A stretch of DNA of 64,000 bases from an uncultured Bdellovibrionales bacterium (GTDB lineage: Bacteria; Patescibacteriota; Minisyncoccia; Moranbacterales; UBA1568), in NCBI GenBank assembly GCA_964579335.1, contig CAZOFS010000002.1, positions 9,581 through 73,580 of the forward strand, read 5' to 3'. The notes beneath the pieces were generated by a model. It ran no database searches. It had not been told where the DNA came from and saw only the letters and a list, made by a program, of their open reading frames with translations. Positions 28,114 to 36,630 of the stretch are shown here, piece after piece; the stretch's first letter is position 1; the number at the start of each line of letters is the position of its first letter. The position numbers and the translations under genes are program-made.

Positions 28114-30429
28114 ATGAAGAGTCTCTCCTCCACCTTGGGAAGCCCTTCCCTTCTGTGGTATGCTCTAGGCGAAAGTCTTATCTACCACCTTCCTACCACC
28201 ATGCCCGTACCGATGCTTATCTCGCTTGGCTTTGCTCTCACCATAGCGTTTGTCTGGATCCAAACCCACTTCTTCCCGAGTCATCCCTGGACGAAGACAG
28301 CTTTGCCCTTGGCCCTCAGTTACGGCTGGGCACTGCTCATCGCTTGGACCTGGGGTCGCTCCAAGCAAAAACCAGCCATCACCCCATTCTCCCTTGCTGT
28401 CTTTATTTTTCTCATCGCACTTTTTCTTTTCAATGTTCGAGTATTCATCGTTCCTCTGTTTCTCGAAACCGCTCCCCATGCGACCATAGACCGCTTCTGG
28501 GAAGTAAACGCTCTTGTGAGTCAAAACCTAGTTGCTCTTCTTGCTCTCTATGCAGCGCTGACAATTATCTTTCTCCTCATTGGATCTTGTTTCGATCGTC
28601 TGCTTAAAAAAATTCCACTTCTCGCAACAAACCTTCCTTCACTCCGCTACCTCACATGGCTCGGACTGGGAATCTTGGTTGGGCCTATTGCTCTCCTGGG
28701 ATTAGCTTGGATTGACCAGATAAATCAGTTTACGATTGTCAGTGCCATCATCGCCCTTGGTATCATGCGTTGGTCAGTACTGTGGTCACTCGGGAAGCGC
28801 TTTTTTACGTTCCAAATTTCAATCCCTCCTCGCTGGTCATTCGCCTGGCTCCTCTTTATTTTTATCTCAGTCCTCCTTGCCCTCAATCTGAGTGAAACCC
28901 TCCGACCAGCCCCCACCGGTTATGACGATAGTATCTACTATTTTGATGTGGTCCGTGCTATCACTCTCAATCAAACCATTCCACCCAAAATCATACCCTT
29001 TGAAACCTTGGCCGCTGCGATCAGCATAGCGATCGGGGAATCAACTCAGCAATTTGCACTCGCTTTGGGAGTGTATGGGCTTTTTCTTGGCGCTCTTATC
29101 ATCTTCTCTTGTGGCCAACGCCTCTCCAGTACGAGGGGTGGACTCATAGCAGCTACTATCCTCCTCTCTACCCCCATGGGGCCAGCCCTCGCTTTGTTTG
29201 AAACCAAACCAGACTCCCTCCTCCTGCCTGTACTCCTTCTCGCCATTTGGTTTCTCATAGAGTTTTGGCACTCTACTCGTGAATCATTCTTGTTCCTGGC
29301 TAGTCTGTTCTTGAGTTTGGCTATCAGCATAAAGCTCACCGCTCTCTTTTTCCTCTCAGGTTTTCTCGTGGTACTCGCTTGGGTCGCTCTCCGGGAGAGA
29401 CTACCTCGAAGACACTTCCTCCACCTCTCTTGTCTCTTGATACTCGGCCTCAGTCTTGCCCGACTCCCTTGGTTCATCCATGAAACACTGGGTCAATGGC
29501 AATCCGTTGATACTGCTACCCTCTCTTGGGCTCTCAACACAACGCTCGAGCCACTCGCATGTACCACTACTGGTGCGATCGAAGATTTTGCCCGCTTTAG
29601 ATATGCATATGACAGCACTTTTCTCAAGATACTTCGGCTACCCTGGGATATCACTATGAATCGCCAAGTCAATACCTTTGCTACTGAGATCGGCTTTTTG
29701 TTTCTCGCCTGGCTTCCTTTTATTATCTTCACGGGGTGGCAATCGCTACGATCACAAAAAGTTAATACCTCAAACAGCTGGATTCCCTTGAGTATCGTCA
29801 CCATAAGCGGACTCTTCCTCTGGGGAATATTTGGCCAAGAGGTTCCCTGGTATTTCTATCCTGCTCTCGCACCACTTGCCTTACTCATAGCTTTCTCTTT
29901 CGAACAAACCAATCATCCGAAGCACTTGACTTACCTCCTCGCCATCCTCCTTATTATTGGACTTCTCGGTAGTACACTCATCCGACTCAAGTTTGCTGGC
30001 GAGAGTTATAAACTCCAATCAATTATCAATCAACATGACACGCTGAAGTACCTCGATAGCGCTCAACCTGGTTTTCAAAAGGCTATGAGCATTCTCAATG
30101 CCGACCCAACGGCCCGTATCTGGCTTACCAACTCTCGCTTTTGGTACGGGATTGAACGAAATTCCGAGCGAGCCTACATGGATAACTCACTAGATACCTT
30201 TGCCTGCCTCCTCAAGGCTCAGGGTGCGGATGGGGTGATCGCCACCTGGCGCTCCCTCGGGATCCGCTATATTCTTTTCAACAAAAGTTTGCTTCAGTCC
30301 ATGGAGCACAGTAACCCCGCAAGTTATAGCCAAAAAATCCGGGCTTTCACCGAGTTTGCTGGAGAGTACCTCCGCCCCGTCTGGGGTTCACCCTATCATA
30401 TGATTCTCGAAATCGCTCCAACGCGTTAA
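28114..30429 (+). CDS. Large polytopic membrane protein, probable GT-C glycosyltransferase (start may be 28201)
   Basis: Many TM helices, PTGYDDSIYY acidic loop, KPD and SIK motifs, soluble C-terminal LGIRYILF domain. Confidence 0.65.
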   Translation: MKSLSSTLGSPSLLWYALGESLIYHLPTTMPVPMLISLGFALTIAFVWIQTHFFPSHPWTKTALPLALSYGWALLIAWTWGRSKQKPAITPFSLAVFIFLIALFLFNVRVFIVPLFLETAPHATIDRFWEVNALVSQNLVALLALYAALTIIFLLIGSCFDRLLKKIPLLATNLPSLRYLTWLGLGILVGPIALLGLAWIDQINQFTIVSAIIALGIMRWSVLWSLGKRFFTFQISIPPRWSFAWLLFIFISVLLALNLSETLRPAPTGYDDSIYYFDVVRAITLNQTIPPKIIPFETLAAAISIAIGESTQQFALALGVYGLFLGALIIFSCGQRLSSTRGGLIAATILLSTPMGPALALFETKPDSLLLPVLLLAIWFLIEFWHSTRESFLFLASLFLSLAISIKLTALFFLSGFLVVLAWVALRERLPRRHFLHLSCLLILGLSLARLPWFIHETLGQWQSVDTATLSWALNTTLEPLACTTTGAIEDFARFRYAYDSTFLKILRLPWDITMNRQVNTFATEIGFLFLAWLPFIIFTGWQSLRSQKVNTSNSWIPLSIVTISGLFLWGIFGQEVPWYFYPALAPLALLIAFSFEQTNHPKHLTYLLAILLIIGLLGSTLIRLKFAGESYKLQSIINQHDTLKYLDSAQPGFQKAMSILNADPTARIWLTNSRFWYGIERNSERAYMDNSLDTFACLLKAQGADGVIATWRSLGIRYILFNKSLLQSMEHSNPASYSQKIRAFTEFAGEYLRPVWGSPYHMILEIAPTR

Positions 30430-30989
30430 CGCTTTGGTTGGGAATTCGTTTTGGAATCGACTATCGAACGTGTAGCACTAGTATCAGTAGTGTCCTTCTT
30501 GCGCCGAGCGTAATAAAACCACGCGAAGTACAGTCCTGCCAGAACTAAAAGATTGGGAATAAATATTTCTGGTCGTCCCCAATTGGTACCATTAACATGG
30601 AAGTCTGAAATAGGCCACAGGAATGGGGTAGGGAAAAATTTTTCAGAATGTGTCGGGATATCCACCAAGATATGAAGTGGCCAACCGAGCATCTCTATGA
30701 GTGGGCGCTTGCGAATCAGCCACACCAGACCAAAGACTACAGCAAATACCACCAGACTATGTGTGCCATCATAAAGTGAGTGGACAAAAGTTGGTATGGC
30801 CGATGGATCGGGATGATTACCGGATGACCAGTCAGGCTGCTCGGCGAATCCCAAGAACGTCAGAATAAAGAAGAGTCCAAACGAAAAAAGATCTGGTGCT
30901 ATCCCAAAGAAAAACGCCAGCCAATAACTCCAGCGGCTCTTCCTCCCAAAGGCCACCCCGCCATATAATCCGTGAGAGAAAATATCCAT
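30426..30989 (-). CDS. Membrane-bound metal-dependent hydrolase (YdjM-like)
   Basis: H near the N-terminus, APD, THSL, HILVDIPTH, FLWP. Confidence 0.75.
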   Translation of the reverse strand: MDIFSHGLYGGVAFGRKSRWSYWLAFFFGIAPDLFSFGLFFILTFLGFAEQPDWSSGNHPDPSAIPTFVHSLYDGTHSLVVFAVVFGLVWLIRKRPLIEMLGWPLHILVDIPTHSEKFFPTPFLWPISDFHVNGTNWGRPEIFIPNLLVLAGLYFAWFYYARRKKDTTDTSATRSIVDSKTNSQPKR

Positions 30990-31093
30990 AATAATTGGTG
31001 AGCTATCTCTTACTCAATTGGAACTCTATCATAGCAGAACTCCAGGCTTGGCAGGAGATTGGGATGGCTGTAGAACAGATTCTTTGAGACTCA

Positions 31094-31519
31094 TTATTCA
31101 CTTTTACTTTGCAACATGGCCCAAGCTCTTTGTATTCCGATTTTGTAAAACTCCGGCATATTCAGGCTGGAAACTTCTGCCATTGGAAAATCGTGAAATT
31201 CGGCCCTCCCTGCCTCGCCATCTATTTCAAATTCCCCACCCTTTTCTAGAAGTTTGCAGAGATAACTGACAACCAACACTCCACGAGATTCGTCAATGGA
31301 TACTGTAATGGTGTAAAGATGAGCTTGTACAATATCAACTACTTCCGTAGTAAAACCCAACTCTTCTTGCATTTCTCTCACTACGGTTTGTTCTGGTTGC
31401 TCGCCCGATTCAAGTTTACCACCCGGCAACTCCCATTCATTGCGTTCATTTTTTCTTAGCCAAACCCTACCTTTGTCAAAGACAATACCTTTTACAGAAA
31501 TTGGGACCACGTACGCCAT
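31094..31519 (-). CDS. NUDIX hydrolase
   Basis: WELPGGKLESGEQPEQTVVREMQEELG Nudix box. Confidence 0.92.
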   Translation of the reverse strand: MAYVVPISVKGIVFDKGRVWLRKNERNEWELPGGKLESGEQPEQTVVREMQEELGFTTEVVDIVQAHLYTITVSIDESRGVLVVSYLCKLLEKGGEFEIDGEAGRAEFHDFPMAEVSSLNMPEFYKIGIQRAWAMLQSKSE

Positions 31520-31543
31520 AGGATTGTATTTACATCAAACTTG

Positions 31544-31614
31544 TGGACCCGAGGAGAATCGAACTCCTGCCTCTGCAATGCGAATGCAGCGTTGTACCAC
31601 TTAACTACGGGCCC
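31544..31614 (-). tRNA. tRNA-Ala(CGC), CCA not encoded
   Basis: GGGCCCG acceptor stem with G3:U70, anticodon arm CTGCA-TTCGCAT-TGCAG, T loop GTTCGATTC. Confidence 0.95.
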
Positions 31615-31660
31615 AAAGAACGGAGCTAGTATACCAGCTCCATCCAAAAGAGCAATGCTG

Positions 31661-32854
31661 CTACATTCCTGATGATTCAATGCGTACTGCTGGCTGAGAC
31701 GAACTTGGCTGAAAGGGAGCGGTATTCATTGGGGTAAGTTTGGTCTTGACCGTATCACAGCTTCGCCCAACCCCATGTTCATACCAAATCCCTTCTGTGC
31801 CGTACCTATTTGTCGGCTGAGTGGTCATTGATTGAAGGGCAAAGGTGGCACACAGTTCATACTCACCAACTGGAACTGACCCATCCAGCCGGTTTTGAGT
31901 GATCACCTGGTACTCATACGCCACGCCAGTCTCAGGGTCATTCATATATCCCAGGCAGTAATTGTATTCGCTCACCTGACGGAATTCCTCAAGCGTGGCT
32001 GGAAGGCGTTGATAACTCAGAGCATACTGCTCAATACAACTCGCCAGAGAACTCAAGTGACCCGCTCGAGTCTCATCAAAACTGCGCTCACGCTCGGTCA
32101 TGGGTGACCCGCTTGCGACAAACCCAAGGACGATACCCACGACTACAGCTACGGTCATCCCTAGCCCTATGCGCTGGAAAAGTACTCGTGGGATATCGGC
32201 CCGGTACTGGATCTTTTTTCGTTCAAAGTAGTAGAAACCAAAGATGCTCCCGGCAATACCAAGAATGACCAAGGCCTTGAGGAAGAAGCGCATGGTGATT
32301 TCACCTTGAAGGAAGGTATAGACTACCGTGATGAGATCTCCGACAATAGTGACGGCGGTAATAAGGAGGACGAGATAGGTAAGCCACTTAGAGAGTTTGG
32401 ACTCCACCCGACCTTCATCTTCACGGAATTTGCGAAACCACAGGCGCATCGCGAAGTAGTAGAGCGGATAGCCGATGATAAGTGCTGCGGTAGCGTAGTG
32501 AATAGCATCAGCCGAAGCCCCCGCGACATACCAATTGGTAGCGTCAAGCGCATCGGGAAAGAAGTGATTGATCACCTGGAACAAGAGCGTCCCGAGGGCA
32601 GTGGCTACGATACCGAGGAGAATAAAAGAGAAAAAGTTAATCACCACATCGACTGTGCCAGCTTTCTTGGCCAAAGTTGGTCGATTGAGTGCATCAGGGA
32701 GTGGCGCTCCGAGAGTTACTACCGCTCCACGGTAGGCCATTTCTACCTCCTCATCGGTCCAACCGAGGGCCGCGAGCTCCTCATGCACTTCGGACTTAGG
32801 TATCCCAGCCCGTAACCGATTTACGACATATTCCCCCAGCGCTTGTGTATCCAT
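31661..32854 (-). CDS. DUF5671-like membrane protein with a pilin-like C-terminal domain
   Basis: Five TMs (KWLTYL...GDLITVVYTFLQGEITMRF), then DETR..HL...QY....LPATL..DPETG..YEY..YELCATF. Confidence 0.7.
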   Translation of the reverse strand: MDTQALGEYVVNRLRAGIPKSEVHEELAALGWTDEEVEMAYRGAVVTLGAPLPDALNRPTLAKKAGTVDVVINFFSFILLGIVATALGTLLFQVINHFFPDALDATNWYVAGASADAIHYATAALIIGYPLYYFAMRLWFRKFREDEGRVESKLSKWLTYLVLLITAVTIVGDLITVVYTFLQGEITMRFFLKALVILGIAGSIFGFYYFERKKIQYRADIPRVLFQRIGLGMTVAVVVGIVLGFVASGSPMTERERSFDETRAGHLSSLASCIEQYALSYQRLPATLEEFRQVSEYNYCLGYMNDPETGVAYEYQVITQNRLDGSVPVGEYELCATFALQSMTTQPTNRYGTEGIWYEHGVGRSCDTVKTKLTPMNTAPFQPSSSQPAVRIESSGM

Positions 32855-32960
32855 AGTTCTCAAGTCAATAATACTCTTTCAGTATACCACCCTCACGGAC
32901 AGCACCTTGATGGTATACTAAATGAGCAGTCTCTCTTTACTTTTCATACCTATCATCTCT

Positions 32961-33173
32961 ATGCATTCGATCACCGTACGCTACCTCACCAAGAATCTTG
33001 CAACCGTCATCGGCCTCGTCCTCGTCTGGCGCGGTATCTGGCATCTCCTTGATGGTGTCGATAAATTTTTCTTTGCTGGTAGTCATTTCTGGACTGCAGT
33101 CCCTGGTATTATCCTCGGCCTCATTATCCTCTACCTCCCTGACAAGGATCTAAAAGAAATTGAGAAACTCTAA
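32961..33173 (+). CDS. Small membrane protein
   Basis: Two hydrophobic helices, VLVWRGIW.LLD. Confidence 0.7.
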   Translation: MHSITVRYLTKNLATVIGLVLVWRGIWHLLDGVDKFFFAGSHFWTAVPGIILGLIILYLPDKDLKEIEKL

Positions 33174-33174
33174 G

Positions 33175-33645
33175 TTACAACTCGGTAACTACTGTTATTT
33201 TCTGTTCCAAAACCTGGTCACTCTGGCCAAAGAGAAATGTGGTCCGAAATTTTTTTCCTTGGAGAAAAATGGGAATCCACAAGTGGTCATCGGGCCACAT
33301 GGTCGCATAGGGAATAGCGTCAATCGGAAACCATTCTGGGCGCATTTCTTCCGTCTCGACTGGTTCACCCTCCCAGGTGTCACCGCGAAATACATGCACT
33401 TCAAGAATATTTCCCCGATCATGTGCAAATTCAAACTCATGCACTCCTACTTCCTCCATCTTTCTAAGTTCTAGACCGCATTCTTCCCTGGTCTCACGGC
33501 GCGCTGCATCTTCGATTGTTTCGCCATCATGCACCTTGCCACCGAAGCCGTTGTAGCGCCCTGCCCCAAACCCTCGTTTCTTCATGCCCAAAAGTAGCCG
33601 TTCCCCGTCTCGGATCAGCACAAGAGTGAGGAGTTTGCGTGCCAT
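33175..33645 (-). CDS. 8-oxo-dGTP diphosphatase, MTH1-like NUDIX
   Basis: LLGMKKRGFGAGRYNGFGGKV, REECG, EEMRPEWF, MWPDD. Confidence 0.9.
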   Translation of the reverse strand: MARKLLTLVLIRDGERLLLGMKKRGFGAGRYNGFGGKVHDGETIEDAARRETREECGLELRKMEEVGVHEFEFAHDRGNILEVHVFRGDTWEGEPVETEEMRPEWFPIDAIPYATMWPDDHLWIPIFLQGKKFRTTFLFGQSDQVLEQKITVVTEL

Positions 33646-33654
33646 AAAGAGCGG

Positions 33655-34788
33655 TTAATAAATCACGATCGGAGTGCCGATATCACTCCAGGCGAAGACT
33701 CGCTCCGCAGCCCCGACCCCGAGCCGGACACAGCCATGAGAAACCGGGGTACCGAGATGATTGGCCCCCTCTTTGTACCCGCCAGGCCACTCAGGGAGCT
33801 CATGGATGCCGTACTTCCCGTCGGGGGTAATCGCCTGCCAATAGGGCATGTAGAGGCCATACTGTTTGGACCATGGTCGATTGGCTTTGTTTTGAACAGC
33901 AAATTCCCCACGTGGCGTATCCATCCCGCGCTTGCCTGAAGAAATGATAAATGAGTCAATCGCTCGCCCATCTTCAAACAAAGTCATCACCTGACTCCCG
34001 AGATTGATATCAATGTATTTCCCATCGGTTTTTTGTGGACGAGTGAGACGCTTGGCTTCATCGGTACGCAAAGCGAGATCTCGGTTCCAGGTTGTAGGCG
34101 TCGGTGGCAACGTAGCAAAAGTAGTCGCCCCCAAGAAGTGGTACTCACTATCGGGCTCACCCCGCCACTTGGCAAAAATAGAGAGGGTATGGGTTGTACC
34201 CGCCGGGAGGATGGTCTTGGGCAGCAGAGCAAATTCGGTTTTGGTTTCATTGTTCTGGTATATCACCTCTGCTTTTGGCTCCAAACGAAAATCAATAAAA
34301 AAATCTTTGACTGACATATCAAAAGTCACCTTGATCGGGTCTTCGATACCCAGGAGCACCTCTTTGGCCCCCGTCTCTGGTTCGGTCTTAGTAATACTAG
34401 GATACCTCGGACCCTCGATTCGCCAAGTACTCTCTGGGGTTGACCCAAACCAGCTGGTTTTGCCTGACCCAAGCGTGAGCTGATAGCGCGATTCAAGCGG
34501 CCAATTGAGTTCAGGAATCACAAGAAGCGTCCGATTATGATCATGCCATTCAAGCCGCAGCGGGTGAGCCGGTTCGATACTCAGTTTATGATCAAAAGAA
34601 TTCGGCTGGACTGATTGTGAAAAGTGAATGCTGATAGGTTGCCGTGGTCCCATAAGTCCCTCCTCAGCCACAGTAATAGTCACTGGGGTACGACGCAGTT
34701 CCCAGTACCAGAATGTCAGGCCAAAGAGGCCGAGGATAAGCGCGGCGAATATAATCCAAAAAAAGAAAAAGGTGATGGCGCGACGCAT
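33655..34788 (-). CDS. L,D-transpeptidase (YkuD) with Ig-like domains
   Basis: N-terminal TM, beta-rich domains, YGIH...SHGCVRL catalytic motif. Confidence 0.9.
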   Translation of the reverse strand: MRRAITFFFFWIIFAALILGLFGLTFWYWELRRTPVTITVAEEGLMGPRQPISIHFSQSVQPNSFDHKLSIEPAHPLRLEWHDHNRTLLVIPELNWPLESRYQLTLGSGKTSWFGSTPESTWRIEGPRYPSITKTEPETGAKEVLLGIEDPIKVTFDMSVKDFFIDFRLEPKAEVIYQNNETKTEFALLPKTILPAGTTHTLSIFAKWRGEPDSEYHFLGATTFATLPPTPTTWNRDLALRTDEAKRLTRPQKTDGKYIDINLGSQVMTLFEDGRAIDSFIISSGKRGMDTPRGEFAVQNKANRPWSKQYGLYMPYWQAITPDGKYGIHELPEWPGGYKEGANHLGTPVSHGCVRLGVGAAERVFAWSDIGTPIVIY

Positions 34789-34797
34789 GTGAAGAAA

Positions 34798-34971
34798 TTA
34801 TTCAGGGAGCTTTTCTTTTGGTGTATCTTTGAGTAGTCCAAGATGCCGTTCCACGGCTCGAAAGATTCGCTTCCGCACAATAAAGGTCACCAGACCAGTA
34901 ACGATAGCGAGGGTAAGTCCAGAGGCGATCCCTCCCCAAAATTGTGGCCAAAACTGATCCCAGAAATCCAT
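34798..34971 (-). CDS. 57-aa single-pass membrane microprotein (absent from the ORF track)
   Basis: Manual translation MDFWDQFWPQFWGGIASGLTLAIVTGLVTFIVRKRIFRAVERHLGLLKDTPKEKLPE; fills the gap co-directionally. Confidence 0.7.
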   Translation of the reverse strand: MDFWDQFWPQFWGGIASGLTLAIVTGLVTFIVRKRIFRAVERHLGLLKDTPKEKLPE

Positions 34972-35036
34972 ATGAAGAAGAATGATGAATAAAGAATGTG
35001 GAATATAAAAACTCTAAGTTCGTAGCTCTCGTCTCA

Positions 35037-35456
35037 CTAGTATAGCGTATTGCTGGACCATGGTACGAATAGAGCAAGGAGAAGGAGTGAAGCAGCCAAG
35101 GCCCCATCACCAAGGAAGTGAAGCGAGCGGGTATCACTATCCATCCGAGACCAGTGGCGATACTTGGGGAGAGCCGTAGCAAGGAACATAAACATCACTC
35201 CCATCCAAAAAATGTGGATCCCGAAGCGCGCCAAAACAATAACGAGAGCATGGATAGCTGCACTCATGAGGAAAGCTGGGGCGATGATCTGGAGGATGCT
35301 CTCAGGTACAATCTGTGGACTTTTGAGCCCACCCACAAGCGCTTCGGGCGATGTATGTTTGAGCGAGAGCCACTGTTGCCCAAACAACATGGGTGAATAC
35401 CACACAAATTGGATCAGCGCATAGAGCAATGCCCCGAGCGTAACAGAGAGTAGCAT
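35037..35456 (-). CDS. DUF1761-like membrane protein
   Basis: FVWYSPMLFGQQW motif and four TMs. Confidence 0.65.
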   Translation of the reverse strand: MLLSVTLGALLYALIQFVWYSPMLFGQQWLSLKHTSPEALVGGLKSPQIVPESILQIIAPAFLMSAAIHALVIVLARFGIHIFWMGVMFMFLATALPKYRHWSRMDSDTRSLHFLGDGALAASLLLLALFVPWSSNTLY

Positions 35457-35457
35457 A

Positions 35458-36039
35458 CTAACCAAATAATTCTTTTTCTTTTGATTTCAAGAGTGTCATG
35501 AGTTCATCAAAATACAGTTGAATTTCTGGTGAAAGTGCCACTTTACTTTTTTTGTTTTCATACAACATGGTAAGTGTGACCTGCTTTTCTCTCCAGGTCC
35601 GGCCATTATCAAGATACATTTTTAACAGCGGTTCGATTTTATCCAAAGCATAGACAAACCGACTCTCCCGATCGTCTTTGGCCATGTACGCTCGGATAGA
35701 TTCATGTATATCTGGCACCTCTGGTAGTTCTCGTTGAAGTCGAAGAGCAGCAAGACGTTCTCGCTCAACTTTACTCTCAAGCAAAGCCTTATCCTTGGAG
35801 TAAATGTACGTATCACCAGCATACACTTCGATCAAATCATGAGACAGTGCGTAACGTAGCACTTTCTCTCGGTTTAAATCATGTTGGTGAGTATCGAGAA
35901 TATACCAAGCCAGCATAGCCAGGTGAAAGGAGTGCTCAACATCATTTTCCCAACGGTCAGAGCCGTTCACTCGAACCACTCGCTCAACCAGGCGTAAGTC
36001 GTTCAAAAACTTGGTAAATTGCAGGAGTTTCTCAAGCAT
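35458..36039 (-). CDS. HD-domain phosphohydrolase (YfbR/HDDC2-like)
   Basis: ENDVEHS, HDLIEVYAGD, ALDKIEP. Confidence 0.88.
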   Translation of the reverse strand: MLEKLLQFTKFLNDLRLVERVVRVNGSDRWENDVEHSFHLAMLAWYILDTHQHDLNREKVLRYALSHDLIEVYAGDTYIYSKDKALLESKVERERLAALRLQRELPEVPDIHESIRAYMAKDDRESRFVYALDKIEPLLKMYLDNGRTWREKQVTLTMLYENKKSKVALSPEIQLYFDELMTLLKSKEKELFG

Positions 36040-36105
36040 ATCTTCTGAGTTATATTCTTATTCGCCAACTCAAGCGCCTGCCGCCTCTGGTGGGAATTAG
36101 AGACA

Positions 36106-36300
36106 TTATACCGGTTCACCAAATACTTCTTCTTTGACTTTCCTGATACTGGCTTCATCTTCAAGAATCACACCTTTGTGGAGTTTGTAGAGGAGTGGGA
36201 TGACGCCGCAGCTTTCACATCTGCCCCAATTACACCCCTTCTTTTCATGATGCAGCTTCCGGCACATCGCAAGCTCTTTTTCAAATGTCGCTTGGTCCAT
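36106..36300 (-). CDS. Small Cys-containing hypothetical protein
   Basis: C...CNWGRCESCG motif, 64 aa. Confidence 0.65.
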   Translation of the reverse strand: MDQATFEKELAMCRKLHHEKKGCNWGRCESCGVIPLLYKLHKGVILEDEASIRKVKEEVFGEPV

Positions 36301-36310
36301 AGAAGAATAC

Positions 36311-36622
36311 CTACCTTGATTTAGATTTTTTTTGATTTTCAACAATAGAAACATCACTACTACTAATCTCCAACTCCCCTTTATTTTCAAAAGATCCAGC
36401 TTTAATATTTGTGCTAGAGACTTTCATCGTTCCACTATTACTTATGGGACCACCAATAATACTGACGTTATATCTTTTTTCAGCAACGTTATCGCCTTCA
36501 AATCCAAATTTTCCCTTCAGAAAATCTATATAAAACTTTACGCGTCCATTAAACTTAAGCACACCAATCAGAATTATTAGAAGAATAACTACAAAGAGAT
36601 AAACAAAATATTTGTCTTCCAT
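36311..36622 (-). CDS. AT-rich hypothetical membrane-anchored protein
   Basis: N-terminal TM helix; conspicuously AT-rich. Confidence 0.55.
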   Translation of the reverse strand: MEDKYFVYLFVVILLIILIGVLKFNGRVKFYIDFLKGKFGFEGDNVAEKRYNVSIIGGPISNSGTMKVSSTNIKAGSFENKGELEISSSDVSIVENQKKSKSR

Positions 36623-36630
36623 AGAGAATA

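Noticed and set aside
31544-31614. tRNA-Ala as an integration site
   Set aside because: I saw no duplicated tRNA 3' end and no integrase in the window.
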